From: Yuukianura sp. NJ FZ-2021
Lineage: Eukaryota
Length of the DNA stretch: 64,000 bases
Direction of reading: 5' to 3'
Assembly: GCA_046563655.1 (NCBI GenBank)
Contig: CM102288.1
Location: forward strand, 1,488,001 to 1,552,000
In this document: positions 37,301 through 52,494 of the stretch, one piece after another
How positions within the stretch are numbered: the stretch's first letter is position 1
Layout of the letters: each line of letters starts with the position of its first letter
Notes under the pieces: model-generated
The model's database searches: none
What the model was told of the DNA's origin: nothing
Seen by the model: only the letters and a program-made list of their open reading frames with translations
Program-made: the position numbers and the translations under genes

Positions 37301-40300
37301 GAGAAAACGAAAAAGTTGTGATGACATGAATTACAAAAAAAACCGTAACGAACTAAACTTTTTTCCTTTTCACTTATTTAACTGAAAAGGAAAAAGTCTC
37401 TAGAGACTTTCGCTTTCCACAAAAGTGAGCAGTGTAGTTTAATGAATGCAATTACATGGTGGGAAAATTGCAAACTGTCACCTCCATCTCATACAAAATG
37501 AAACAGGAAACACAATTTTGTCGCTTTTTAATCCTCGGCGAAATGGGATACTAGCATCTACAAAATGTCTTTTTTCAGCACATCCCCCACCATTAAAAAA
37601 TCACTCTGTATCAATTATTTCCCACGCTTTCTCGTTTTGTGAAAACATACGTTTCTGTAAATTTTTTCAAAAAATGTATGAATCTAACTTTTTGAAACAT
37701 AAGACTTTCCTCACCTGAAACGGAGTGCTTTCGGCACTCATTTGTGTAAATCCAACAATATCCGAAAAGTAAATTGTCACCATCTCAAACGTTTCTGGCT
37801 CAATTCCGTCTCCCATTGTGAGTCTTTGGGCTACGGGCCTACAGAAAACATCAAAAATTTCAAAAATTAATTAAAATTGAGTGCACCATTAGTCTTAATT
37901 ATATAGATTAAGTTACGAGAAACTAAAGTAAATTAATCATAATCAAATTCTAATTTACATTGGTAACATCCTGTGAAGGAGATCTTCAGTCTTTCGTTTC
38001 TCTATCTCCAAAGCCGCTGTCCTTTCACCAACCAGTCCCTCTAAATTCTTCGTGTACTTGTCCATTAGTAGCATCATTTGATCAACAATATTAGAGGACC
38101 TGTGTAAAAAAAATCAAAATTATGAACAAAATGCAACAATAAAATATCAAAAACTAAACACTTTTACAAAATTCCACCCTATTCAATCAACCAACTCTTC
38201 AAAACCCTCCGAATTCTATTTTCTCCTTTTCATCATTTCAATTTCCAACTTGGTTGTTAAAATGAAATGGTTATACCACAAATTAATTCAATTGAAACGC
38301 TGAAAGGAGATGCTATCCTACACTGAATTAGTTCCAAATTCAAACTCAATTTGATTTTAGTTCCCCCTGGAGTGTAACTAACTTTCCCTAAAACCGGATT
38401 TCCCCAAACCACTTCTATTTTCTCATGCAAGATTCAAACCAGTTTCTTTTTTAATAAAAAGATTCACAACTCCGTTAAAAAACCTTCCAAGCCTTCTGGT
38501 CACATAAACTTCATTTATTGACTTCCTCTGCTTGTTAAAAAATAAGGCTTGGAAGTTGGCATGAATTTAACAGAATGGTGGTTTTTAGTAGACTCTGAGT
38601 CGGAGTTCCCCTGGTGAAAAGTTCTATTTCATGTGTGCCCTTAAGCTTTTGAAAGAGGCACTTGGGCCAGGGTCATAAAGACAGGAAGTTGTGGAAGGCA
38701 GAAGTTATAAAATGTATCTCCACCATTGCTTCTCATAAACTCAAATGTGGAGCACATCTTCATTACTTTCACCACCACCCTCTTCACTTTGTTGTTCAGG
38801 ATCACAAGGTTCCGCCGCCTAGTTTCCCATTGTCAAACAATTTTCTATCCCAAAAACTAAAAAAAGTGAAAGTTGGAGAAAGTTTGTTTCACTTTGAGCT
38901 TACATGCCTGCCCGTAAGGGCTTGAGTCTTTCTCGTATCGTTCTAAAAGTAGGACGATTCTCAGGGTACTCGTCCCACGCATCTGTCATGAGATGTATAA
39001 CATAGTCTGGACATTGACTCGGACAATCATCTAGGAAAGCCAGATCAGGCCGAAATGGGGGTGAACCACCTTCCTTCACAAGTTCCACAATAACTGCAAA
39101 AGAAACAACAACAAAAACTTAGCTTATTCCAGAAAGTTCACGATGCAGAAACAGATTTTGCTTGTTATCGATTAAATTTCGGAAGAGAAATAAAGCAGAG
39201 CTCTAGCTCCGCGTGACGCGCATTAGTATATCATAAGGTTTAAAGTCTTAAAAATTAATGAAAATTGATGAGCACGAAAAACGTATGTTAAGTCCGTACC
39301 TTCAGGGTGTTTTTCACACAGACCATAGGGACCCTTGCGTCCATAAATTTCATAGAGAATAATAGCGAAAGCGTAAACGTCTCCTTTTTGCGTCGCCGTT
39401 GGAATTGGTCCCTTCGTGTCCCTGAGTAATTCAGGAGCCTTCCAGAACAGGTTTTGGTAGTAAGCGTGGTCCGTCTTGATTCCATATGCATTTGCAGCTA
39501 GTTGTAACTCTGACAACCCAAAGTCAGTCAACTGTAGAACCCACCTTGAAGTAATCGTACAATTTGAACTCTTCAGATTCCCATGAACTTCTATGTCAGA
39601 CTCATGGAGGTAAATCATGCCCTAGGACAAAGGTACAATTAAACCAAAATTAATTTAATTTGACTTACATTTAAATTAATCTCAAGTCCACTTTCTAGAA
39701 TCTTAGATTTTAGAATTTCAGAATTCTAGGTAGGACAGGAAGCGACTTGCTAGAGGCCTCTCCTTCTTATCATGTTTAAATCTAGTGAAAGTAATGCGAT
39801 TAGCTGTTAGAATTGCGGCTGTCCAACGTTGTATCTCCCAAAATGGAGAAAGTAAAGGCGAAAGTTGTTTATCAAGGACTTCATCACTACTGCAGAAGAC
39901 TCCACAAATTTCTTCCTGTTCTACTGAACTACTAAAGTTTCCATTTAAATGGAAATGAGTCCAAGTCTTCCCAGAACCTAATTTCTCCAGCTCCAATCTA
40001 AACCAAAACCGCCCGTGTACCGCATCATCGCTGTAATTTTCCGCTTCGTTCTCAAAATTTTGAAAATTTGCACGTAGAAATGTTCCACTTCAAAAAATTT
40101 TGCAGCATTTGCAATTGCGCAGTTCCCATTTTTCAGTTTCCTCCAGCCCATAATCCAAACCAATCCGTGCGTAATCTTACCTTAATCAAGTCATGAATTA
40201 GGGAGGCAGTAAAGGCATGGTCCAATCTCACATCCTCATTCTCAACAACATCCTACAAAAAAGATCAAAGAACGGAAAACTTTATTAAAAATTGCTCAAC

Positions 40301-43300
40301 AAAAAGTTTTCATGAGAAAAGTTTTAGAAAAGTTCAAAATTTTGAAAAAGTAAAAGAGAAAGCTACTCCCACATCCGTTCTGTGCTGGTTTAACTCATAA
40401 AAAGTCTCTCGTGAGTTGTGACTTTTTGAAGTTCATTAAATCTAAATTCGTTCAAAAGTTTGAGTCTAATTTTTATGCCTTTAAAGTTCCAAACAACTCT
40501 CGTCTTTTCCCTGTTGTAGCAGCTTGTTAAGTTTCAAAATTTTGAAAACTTTTGACAAATTTTCTTAAATTAAGATTGTCAAAACAAATGTCATAAATTC
40601 TCTTACCAGCAGAGATCCTTTGGGACAGTACTCATAGATCAACGAAATTTCCATAGGCTGAATCACTGCTCCAAAAAACTTGTTGATGTTTGAGTGGCCC
40701 ATTTCTCTCATGTAGCGCATTTCTTTCATAGTCTAAACAAAAAACAACACAACATTTTATTTTTAGAACTCAAAAAAAGCCTATTATATTACTTTGTTGG
40801 AGTGAGGATGTGATGTGTTAATTAAGTTAATTAATTTAATTTACCTGACGAGAAATGAGATGTTTTTTCTGTAGTTTGAGTTCTTTTACACGAACGATAG
40901 TTCCTTTGTAGTACGCTGTTTTGCAGTACTCTTGACAAAAGCTCCCTACACTTACTAAGCTCATCTGCAAATTAAACATAAAACATGAATCAAAAACTTT
41001 TTGTAAAATTTAAAACCCAAAAGCAAAAATTTAAATCTTAACACAGTCTTTTGTTCCGGTTTATAATAAAAGATTTCTGCGAAACTTTCACAAAAACTTA
41101 GATAAAAGGAAAACTCGCTTCAAACTTTCACTGTTGTAAAAAAAAAAAGCTGAAACTTTCACGAAAACTCAATTTTATCAGCGTCCTTTTTTGAAAACTG
41201 GCTATTTAATTTGTTTTCTGACCTTGCCAAAAAATGACTCATATAAAAAAAATCTTTTTTTTAAAATAATTTTTTGTTCAAGTCCCCATTACCAAATTTC
41301 ATTTTCGTTTTTATAAAACCCGACTCCAGTGGTGTACGCCCCCTATAGCGTAAAATCCGAAATCCGAATTTTTATATTAAAACCGCATCTATTACCCGGC
41401 ATACTTTCATTGTTCTCTTTTCTATTCTTTTCAATTGAAATTCAAAAAGGACTTTTTAATAATGGCTGTAATATTTTTAATTAAAAAAGCTAAAGTGTGA
41501 AAATGAGTTCCCAGTGTTATTAAAATTTTGGAGCTTCTTGATCAATTTCACACTCTGGTTCTCCTTTTCAATTAAAATCTGAACAGCCCAGCATATTGGA
41601 CTCTCTAGATTCAACGTTGATTCAAGTCCAGTTGACTTTTGAGAGTGAAAGTGACAGCTCACTATGCATCATCTGACCTTTCACTTTCACACCTCCTCCA
41701 GTCCACTTTAGCATCATGTTTGCTCTGATTTTGAAGTGCAGCTGATGGAGACTTTAGTGTGAAAGTGAAAGTCAGTGTTCAAGTGGATGTTTTTCAACTT
41801 ACCCTTGACTGTGCATGGTCCCCAAAGGGTTGTCGATACTGAAGTTCATCTTTGTCAATTTTCCAAAGTAGTCCTTCTATTTCCTGTTCAATTTTCCATT
41901 TCCTGTAAAGACTTGCTGCCACTACAAGTACAACGATCAGCAGAAATCCAAGGAAAGCTGCTGTAATCATAGACCGAGAAATAGTTCCTCCTACTTGACA
42001 ATGTTCATTGTCAAATCCACATTTAGGTGAATCTGCTGGAGGTTGATCCCATTCTATCTTCTTTCCAGGAAAAAACTTGATTTTCTATATAAATAAAAAA
42101 AAGAGAGTAAATCCCAGAGTTAATCCTCAGAGGAAGGAAGGAAGTGATTAATTGTAACACAAGTCCAGTGGAATTGGATAGTTAGTGACTCTAGATCCCA
42201 AAACTAATGGTTTATGTAAACCAAAAAAACAATAGATCACCTACCGGAAGTGACGAATTTCCGTCCGGTGACGAGTGAAAGTTGGCCACTGGAAACATTC
42301 CATGATCACATGTAAAGTGGCCAGACTCGTAGAATTGCGCTGTGTAGGCAACAACAGTGTAGTTTCCTTCAGAATCTCCATTTTCATCTATTGAAATTTT
42401 AGCACCCGTAATACCTGAAAAAATTAAAACAAAATTAAAACTTAGACAATCCAAAAACATAATTCTTAGAAAATCAAAAACGCAATCGTTCATATTTCCA
42501 GAGAAATTTTTGACAAAAATAAATTCCTAGGAACAGAATTAAATTAGTAAAAGTTACATCAGCACATTACACATTGCTGCTTACGTGTCGTTCTGATCAA
42601 CTCAACTTAATTTTGATGTAACTGTACCCATTACATAGCAAACCTAGCGTAACCCAGACTTTACTATGTTTCTAAGTTACATGAAACTTGTGTCATTTCA
42701 TGGATGCCTGGAAACCAAGCATTTGAGTCGTCGTGGCGGAACGGAATCGCTGAACGCTGAAAGAGCACAACAGACACACTCCGGAGGTTTTCCAAATGTC
42801 ACTTTGATCTCACTCCAACTTGTCTCTGGTTCCTCATCAACTTTGTTCCATTCAACACTTTGAGTCTAAAGCTTCAAGCGGGAAAACTAGAGCACTAGAC
42901 AAACCGGAACTTTCTCTTCTATCAAACAAACACTTCTGAACGATAGTCACTCCTCCCAATCCTATTCGTCAAAATGAAGGAAAGCCAACGTCCACGATTT
43001 CATTAAAATGTTAATGTCTACCAAAAAATCTCATTTGAATAAACTAACAAAAACAAATCCGACTCACTGTTTTCCAAGAAAAAAAAAACGTTTTATACTC
43101 AAAAAACAGAATTTTCCTTTAGAAAACATCAAACAGTTCACTTTCTCTCGGTTTACATAAATCGTCAACGTTTTCATTTTCAAAAAAGAGACCATAGCGA
43201 GGACGCTCGAGTATTAAAATTGATTAAATTTGGATCCTATCTTATACCAACAAAAAGCCTTTTCAAATAAAATTTCCCAATCCCTCGTCCCAATTTGACA

Positions 43301-46300
43301 TTTCAAAATTTCTGAAAAGGAATTTGACATTTCAGAACTTCATTCATCTTTCTAAAAAAGAGTCTTTGGACTTACTTTCATATGACTTCATTTCAATGAT
43401 AGAGTTGAATATGGCTCGTCCATCTCTCGCAAGTTCTTGAATATCTTCAGTACGATTTCTCCTGAGCCAAAGCGTATCCAGCGCCCTGGCATACAGGAAG
43501 ACCGAGTCGTACAAATTGGCAGCATAAATAGAAACCTGCAACAACACAAAAAATCACTTTTTCTGGATAAAATAGAGTTAAAAATTGAAAAGCTGATAAA
43601 AAACTTACAAATTTTCGGTACTTGATTCCAAGCAAAGAGTCCTTAAAATTAAATGGTGGTTTACTTGAAAATTCAGTCACTTCTTTTGAAAATGCTTCAT
43701 AAGTGTGGTTAGGTGGCGACGGAGCGACGACCAATAAACTCCGACCAATCCGATTCTCAAAATGAGTAAAATTACGACAATCACTAACAGAACCAACATC
43801 GTTCAGACCTAAAAAAAAATATCGAAAATAATCAAACATGTTACTTTTTCTCTCTTTTGATGTCAAAATTTTATGGTATAATTTTCCAAATAAACTTTCA
43901 ACCTAAATAATACTAAATACAGTAAAAAGCTCCGTTCTCAGAATTACTTTCTCCACTTTCCTCTTAATTCCAAGAAACCAAATGTTTCCAACTGCTCAAA
44001 TTCTCATCATAAACAAAAGGGACGAATAAATTCTGGGAAATACGAAAAGAAAAAGAGAAAAAACTTTCTTTCGTGACCCCTTACGGGTGAACATAATGAG
44101 CCATTATGTGCGTCTTAAATCACCATTTTCCGGTTCTCTCCTAGCAACTCAACTTAGGATAAAAAAAACATAGTTACTCCCTCCACATGCACGCGCCGTT
44201 TTGTCCGTTTCCTCTCACAAATTTCCCAACCCCTGCTCGTTCCTAATCCTCAACACTCCCAGTCCATACAAATTTTCAACAACAAACTTTCTAACTTCAG
44301 ACAAAAACTAAAAAGAAAGTGGCGCACCAAAAAAGAAAAAAACTAACATGAAAAACTTGAAGCACGACCCAGGTAAAACACTACTGCTCAACCTTTAGCA
44401 AAAAAGCTGGCGTGCTGCCGGTCAATTAGACCATCTTACAAGGTTTAGAAGCATCTTGCCAAAAAATCGGTTAAAGTACTACCATCCACAATGTAATTCT
44501 CATCCACTGCTACACTTTTACTATATTTTTTTTTACTTTATTACTTTTACTAGTAAGTAAAAAAGTAAAAGTGGCGTGCCAGAATCATTTTCCAAGAACA
44601 GAGAGTTTCATAGACACCTCACAAGCTCGTGACCACCATTCTCGTTCCATGCCACTTTCCAAACTGATACTGCCTGTCACCATGACACTTTAGGTTATGG
44701 TACTTTTGTTCACATAGCCTAACTTACTTTCACCATTGAACCTACTCTTTTCTCCAGTCCATTAGTCCACAGCCCTACTTGCCCTATCGCTCCAATCAAC
44801 TTACTCTATGTTCCATTTCCCATCTAGGCCATTAGATATTCAAACGGCAGAACATGGGGACACTTCTTAGGTTGATGGAATATTAAAAAAGAATCTCATC
44901 CATCACATTTTAAGCTTTCAGACAAAATAGTTTCAGATTCTAGCAAAGTACTCACAACAAAACATCTCTCGACCTGGAAAATCTCCGAGAAAGAAATTTC
45001 CTTTTTCGGAGATTAGATTCCTTTTTTGCTCTTTTCTGTTCAAAAGAGAAAGTTGTTGATGCCGAAATGGGAACCTGAAAGAGATGAATTCGGAAGTGGA
45101 GCGTTTAGGAGTCTGGAAGGCTGTTAGAAGTGATTGTATCATGGGAAATAATTAATGAAAAAACGAGTAGGCGGAAACCATATGGCTCTACAACCTAACT
45201 TAAAATGTTAGGTTAAAGCTCAACTAACGTAGGAAGTAGCCGGAGAAAGTAACGTGAGAAGGAGCTTTATTTATAGCGGAGTGAATTGGGTGTAAGTGGA
45301 GCTTACGCCAGAGGTACTTGAAGGCTACCTTGGAGTCGTAAGTCTCCATGTCAATGTAGATGACCAAGTACTCTCCTTCATCAAACATCTTCAGACTCGC
45401 CATGGTGCTCATCATCTCTACCAAGTTCTTCGCTTCTCCTATGAATACGTAAACTGAAACAAAAAAAAAGATATTCAGTTTAGACTAAATCAAAATCATT
45501 TAAAAAACATTATTTTTGAAGACTTTCTCCAAAAAAAAAAAAATAATAACATAACCATTTTCATTTCGTATTGGTCAGTTTGTCAAACCTATTGCACAAA
45601 AAACGTTATGCTTAGCCACAGGAGAATTTTTGAGTGACTTTTAAATTTTTTTCGTTTCTTTTTGAACTAATTAAGGAAACGATTTCAAAAATTTCAACCC
45701 CCAATTTTAGTGAAAACTTTCAGTTTTGTTTCAGTCTGTACTTTGTCAAAATTTTTCAAAATCTTTAAATTTTCATAAAAAAAAATATTTGAAAGAATCC
45801 TCAATATTTTCTAAAATCCTATCTCAAGGCGAAAGGTATTGTTAAAAAACAAGGTCAAAGGTCACGTGGCCCTAGTTCTCCCTAAATTATTTTTTTCTCC
45901 CTGAACTTTAATTTGGATGAAAGCCTATTTCTCGAGTCCTAATCCCCGGAACGTAGTACCACACTCCCTCTACTTTAACTGTAACTCTCACATCGCTCCA
46001 GTAGTACTGGACCAGTACTAAGTCAAGACCTGGTCTCATCAAATAAATTCCCATGACACAAAGATCTTTAAGGCCTCGAACCAGGTTCTTATGAAAAGGC
46101 ACAAGATTTATTGGGCCAAGGAACACAAAAGAGGTTTAACCCCTTTGGTCACTCTTTTTTCCTGCAGAAAGCCACACCAAAGTAACAATTGTCCATCGCC
46201 CTTTTTCTGTCCAGAAAAAGATGCCAAAAGAAATGAAACCTCTTCCAGGAAATCCGTCTCTTCCATATCTCTCTTAAAAGATGATGACACATCGCATACT

Positions 46301-49300
46301 GTGACCAATACATAACTGTAGTAAAAGAGACTTCCATGTCAATAGAATCAAAAAATTCTCCTTTGTAACAACTGAATTCAGTCAAAGTTCGAATTTTCAA
46401 AAAAAAAATGGAGATCTTTAAAAAAATCATTTTCCGTTTCTCCGCCTGCCTCTGTCCTTCCTTTCTCTGCTAAAAATACTTTTCACTTTCTCTTTTCTTG
46501 GAAATTCGTTTTTCAAAATTTCAAAATCCAAAAAGACATTTTCTTTTTCTTCTCTAAACTGGACCGACACTTCATAGATTTCCTAAAATATTATCTAGTG
46601 AAAGTCGTTTGATCTTGACTTATCGCGTAGCTCCTGCTTCACTGTGAAGTAACGACGTTAAGTTGAATTTTTGTCCAAAAGTCCAAAAACCTTTAGTACT
46701 GCCACTGCCTCTCTCTCTATTCCATTTACTTTCTCTTTATCTCCAACACTTTCTCTTCTTTTTTGTGGATCGATATCTTACTTTTCACAAAAGTCAACAA
46801 CGTCGCTTTCTCCCTCCTTACCTTCATGATTTTTTTTTAGAAAGGAAGGATACATAGAAGCTTTGAGGAGCCAAGTTGAATCAACAATAAATACTCCAAG
46901 GAAATCCCTTCGCAAATACTCACAAAAAATTCACCAGGGAAAGTTTACGCTAAAAAATACAAATGAGGCTCCAGAACCATTAGGAAACCGGGCGACATCA
47001 GAGCTCAAGCCACAATTCCAGTCCCCGCATCCCTCGTTCATTCTAATTTTCCATCTCACAACTTTACCAGGTGAAATTTTTTTTTTGTAAAAATTTTCTC
47101 TGAGCCTGAGAAAACCGGTGCTAAAGCCTTATTCATACTTTAATGTTTGTGCAAATCCTTGTTTCTTCAATGTCTTTTCACAAAAGAAAAAAAAAGGCTG
47201 TTTAGAATATTTCAAATTGTGGAGAATAAGGGCCCCCTTCACGTCAAAAAATTTAAACAAGCCACGTAAAAATTCTCGCTGTTTTTTTTTTGAAAATATT
47301 GACAACTTTTTGCCGAGGTCAGAAAATTTTACGGCAGGTTTGACATTTCCAAAATTTTTCCTGCTTTGGCTAATTTCACGCTATACGCATGAAAAAACAA
47401 GGTTCGAAAAAGTTTAGACTAATTTTTTCTTTCAGAATCTCACCCTCCCCTTGCCTCTAATTTCACCTAAATTTGTGTTCTTGAATCACCAGATGACTTT
47501 CCATTCTCAGAGATTCATAAAAAAAAACTTACTTCGAGTCTGTGTCCTCGTCGTGTTGACAATTTCAAACCAGTAGGGCGTCGGTCCCACCTCGTCGCTA
47601 AACTCCTTGATTGTATTTGGTTTCATTGACTCGTTCAGTGCAACTTCATACAGTCTCTCTGCCACTGTGGCATAACGATCAGTCGGAGAAGACTGACTAA
47701 TAATTTGAAATATTTTCCAGTTGTAGTGAGACATGAGGGATAAAACGGATTTAACAACTTGACTATCCGGTGCCTCCGTTCTGGCAAATGTTGGATACCG
47801 TTTTTTATCCGAAACACTTCCATCGGAACAGAGCTACAAAAAGAAAACAATCATTAGGACTTTTATTCATTACAAAGTCATTTCAGTATCATTTGTACAA
47901 ACTTTCTCCTCGTGCCTGATACTATTCTCACAGAATCCTCCAAAAAACTTCCTCACTGACTTCTAAAAAATAGGAGGAGAGAAGCTGACTTGTTGGATCG
48001 AAAGAAAAAGTGAAAGCAAAAAGAAAAACAATTTGGAAAGAAAACAAAAGTAATAAGAAGAGAAAGTTCGCGTGGAATTTGGACCATCGGGGGCTGTCAG
48101 AAGTAAGGTTTTGGGTTACTACAGGAAGAAGTCAGCCCAAATCCAAGTCAGTCTCCCTTCTCCATGTCAATTCTCCTTCTGCCTCTCATCCCTCATCCGA
48201 AAACCACACTTTCTCCTCAGGAATTTTCAAAGAAACCGACAAAAACGAGAGAAGAGGAGAAAAACCAAAAAACTTGCTCCTTCTCTCTCCATTTTCTTAG
48301 ACAAATTCAAACAGACCGAAACACCTCAAAAGAATCCATGTAAAAAAGGAGTAACATGACTTCAAAATTCGCGCCTTCACATTTTTTTTCCTCATTAATA
48401 AACATGAGCATACATGAACCTTACTCGTGAGTTACAAAATCACAAGAAAATCACAAATTCTATCAAGAACAGACGGTTTTCCTTTCTTCTAAAACTTCAA
48501 TTTTCTCAACGGCCGAAAAAATTCCCAGAAACTTTCCCTCAACTAACATTTTTCCAAGAAAAAAAATTAAAAAATGGAAATCACTAACTAGATTTACTTC
48601 TCAGAATTGAATTGCTAAAGAACAATTTAGCAGAAAAACATGCGATAAGATAAATTTCAAAAATAAAAGAAAACTTTTCTTTTTTTCAAATTCTGACGAC
48701 CTGCTAAATGCATAAGGTTTATGAACTTTGGAACAAAATTTCAAAATTCCCGAAAAACTTTTCAATTCAACATACTAACTTTCTCCCACTTTCTCTCAGG
48801 CATGCAGAAGAAGGATATTGACAACTCTATGGAGTGACAATAAGAGACATATCAAAATGGAACAGAAGAGAAAAAGGAGCTTTACGGAGAAGCCAAGAAA
48901 AGATAGACTTCAAATTTTGGATTTGAATTTCTTTTCAGCAGAAAGAGAAAAGTGACAGAAACAACGCTAAAAGTTTTCTTTTTCAAATCCATTCCATATT
49001 CCTCCAAGTCCAAACAATCAGTCACACAAAACTTCACAAAAACTTTCTTTTTCACTTTCACCAACAGCTTTTCCAAAACTGAAAAAAAACACAGAAATGT
49101 AAACTTTCCTCAACTTTTCAAAGGGAGTCATTTGCATCCTCCTAAAAAAGATAATGTTGGTTTTGCAGTCGGCGCATTTCAGCAAATCTTAAAAACACTT
49201 TCAAACTCTACAGAAACTTTGTTTTTACAACATAAAATTTTTTTTTGAAGGCTACCAGCTATCTAGTGTTTTTCTCTAACAAGGCTTATTTTGAACCTCT

Positions 49301-52300
49301 GGGCAGCACGTTTGGAGCCAAAAAAGTGAAAGTTGACATTTGAAAACGAAAATTTCCCATCATTATTCTCGGCCTTTGACCTCAAAATCACTCACCTTCG
49401 CCCACGTTCAACGCCTTACTTTTTAACAAGAGACACACTCCACATCAAAACCCTCAAAAAGTGAAAAGTTGCTGGACAAACTAAATTTTGAAAATCTAAT
49501 TGACTTAATCCCCGCTTTTCTCTGGGGGCTTTTCAAAGCTCCAGTTCCATTTGAAATCACAAGCGCCTTCCACTTTCTCCACTCAAACGTGGCTGACCTC
49601 CTTTCTCCTAAATACGTTTTAATGACACGTCAATTTTGAGTAGATGAAAAGCTTTAATCTTTTTTTACTTTCCTAATTCCATCTTACAAAAAAAAAGTAG
49701 AACTTGAAATCTTGCTGGTAAAAGGAGAAAGTCGGAGAAAATTGAACTGAATCAAGTCAGACGTAAGAGAGAAAAAGATAAAGCTTCTCCTTTTATGTCT
49801 TTGACAGATGATGCATAAGTCACATCAAGATGCTTCTAAAAACCTCCCCTACGGAATCATTTCTGCAAACAATAGTAGAGAAAGGCTACTACAAAAGTTA
49901 GGTTAGCCTAACAAAACCTAACTTAATATCATAGTTTATTAGATAAAAGCAGAAGCTCCATAACAAATAAAACTCAGAAATCATAATTCTACAAATGATC
50001 CTCCAGAAAAACATTTCCCGTCTTCTTAAATCTTCATTTCCTCTGTCACAAAAACAAAATAAAACCGAAACCATAAAAAATTCCGCTCTTTTCACTCCAA
50101 AAATTTGAAAAACAATTTTTCAAAAACTTCAAAAAATACGTTTTGAACACATATGGGCCCACTAGGAGCCTTTCCTTTTCAGTTCCAACTTTCGAAACGC
50201 CAAAAATGAAAAATTGACACTCCCAAGAATTCTAAAATTCTATTTTTCTAAAAGAATTTCGCTTGCCTCCGTCCTCCCTTAAGGTTCATTTCTTCCTAAA
50301 AACTTTCCACAACAGTGACATTCATCTTCATCAATTTTTCATCAAAAGAGAAATTGGGCAAAGTAAACGTAACAAAGTGGAAAGTCTGAGTGCCACAAAA
50401 CCAACAGTTTCCCAACATTTTCAGTTTTTGTAACAAGAAAAAAAACCGACAAACCACCTCAGGGTTTAACATTTCCAAGAGAAATGAGAACAAAAGAAAA
50501 CATGAATTTTTGATTTGACTAGAAATGCATTTCACTTTCTACAATTTCCCCAACGCACGCAACATTTTGAGCTTTCCTTGGCCTGCTTTCGACTTGAAGA
50601 ATCTAAACTGCTGCGACAAGCCCACCAAAATTTGCCATAAACAAAAGAGACCACGCCCAACAACTGCCATTTTCTCCCACCTTATTCCAAATTCACTTCC
50701 AGTTTCATACAAAAACTAAAATCCTCAACCTAATCTAAACCCTACACTCTTATCACCACAATCCCAAATTAGTTTTGTTTAATCTTTTCAGCGGTTCCGG
50801 CGGAACCACAAACTCAGCCAAGCAAAACATTGGCTACTTGGCGACACCAAATAGCGACTAGCGACATAAAAAATTTCAGGAAATCCTGCTTTTGTTTTTA
50901 GTTTGACTTACGTATGAGATCATAGTACGATTCCAGGCAGCAGCCACTGTTGCTTCAACGGCACAGGAAAATTCGGGACCAAAAAATGCTGCCGTGTCAT
51001 TACACAACTAAAATCATCAAGCATAAAGTTTTTTTTTCAGACAAAGTACCAATAATTTTATAATTTAGAAAAAGTACTAAAAAAGACAAAGTGTAGTTTA
51101 ACTAATTTTTAAAAGTTGCAAAAAGCTACAAAAATCGCATGTCATACCATGTCAGTAAGAATTTTCGTTCCTTTGATAGTATCACCCTGCAAAAGACAAA
51201 AAACGCATTAGGTCAACAAAAAGCTCATCGACAGCTTCTTAAAAGCCCATCACTTTCCCGCATAAAATTGCCATCAAGTTTCACTTTCTGTCAAATTCAA
51301 ATCTACCCACGATTTCATAAAAATTGCAATTCACTCTGCTCATGACGTTGACATCTCTGTTTAATTAAAACGTCCACCACTCTAGTAAGTTATGTTAGAT
51401 TATGCAAGTTATGTAAGTTATGTTATAAACAAAATTTTACCTCCGTGTCACTCCAAACAAGGTCCAGTTGAACCCCGGGCAAGAGGTCACTCCGATTGTT
51501 GATCCTCTCAATAGCTAACGTCATGGCCCCAGAAATTGTAATGCCTTGTCTACCCGTAACAGTTCCGCGAACTGCAGGGAGGTAACCCACCACAATTTTT
51601 TCATTTGGAGTCGGTGACCTTTGACCTATCAAAAAAAACACATTAACAAAAATGTAAAAATCCAAAAAGTAAAAATGTCTCATTCAGACAGCACAAAACA
51701 CTCAAGAACTCGAACAATCGGAACAGTTTATGCAAAATGTTTAGTCGAATTCAATGAAATCCAACTTTTCAACTTCTTTTTCCAAAAAAGTTTCCTTTTG
51801 TGTAAAAACTTTCTCCATTCATTTGACTCGGTTTCTTTCCTGCTGCTTTCTAACTCTGTCGTTCCCTATTGATTTTTTCCAATTTCCATTTTCTTGCCAT
51901 CTCGTTAAGTCTTTCCCACTCTCGTCCACTTCACTTCTACTTTTTTGGTTTCCAATCAAAGGATGGTGATTTGGACGTTGAAATTGTTGAGGAGAAAGCA
52001 CTTCATCAAGCACAAGGAAACGCACAGATTGACAGGTTAGGTTAGAAAGTAAGTCAGCATAAGGAGAAAGTCAACAATTCACTTCCGCTGCACGCTTTTT
52101 TTTGCTCCCTTCATAATTTCTACCTTTTCATTCACATTTTAACATAGTTTGGTGATTCTTGCTTGTTAGAAAAAAAAATTAACTATCTTAGATTAGTTTT
52201 GTAGAAGATTTCGGCAAGAAAAGAAACTAAAAATGTTAGGCTAAAAGTGTCTCTTGGAAGAACACGATTGCAAAAACACTTTTAGCTACATCAACAAACA

Positions 52301-52494
52301 CTTTTAGCTCAAAAAGCAAAAATAATCTGCCACTCTCCTGACTCTGACGATGTTTTTAAGAAGATTTACGAGTTTTAGAGAGTTGGAAGTTACAAAGTCA
52401 TGTGCTTACCATTGGTCATTGGTGGTAGATGAATTGTGAAACACAGAAGTAAGAGGATTCGTACCGAGGCCACTGGACTCAACTCCAAGATCAT
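34331..52494 (-). CDS. Receptor (single-pass) guanylyl cyclase, Gyc76C-like, more than 20 exons
   Basis: Signal peptide exon 52494-52410 ([22 protein letters not shown]), ANF-receptor ectodomain ([29 protein letters not shown]), TM exon about 42083-41803, kinase-homology domain ([21 protein letters not shown]), cyclase domain ([46 protein letters not shown]) and a C-terminal ESVV PDZ-binding motif. Confidence 0.93.
36835..37151. mobile_element. MITE with ~110-bp terminal inverted repeats and 8-bp target-site duplication
   Basis: Termini GGTTGAAGTAAACTTTGAGTCCGGTCATTGTACCCCCC and its reverse complement; GAAACTTC duplicated at 36827-36834 and 37152-37159; internal inverted TTAGG/CCTAA array. 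Confidence 0.9.
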
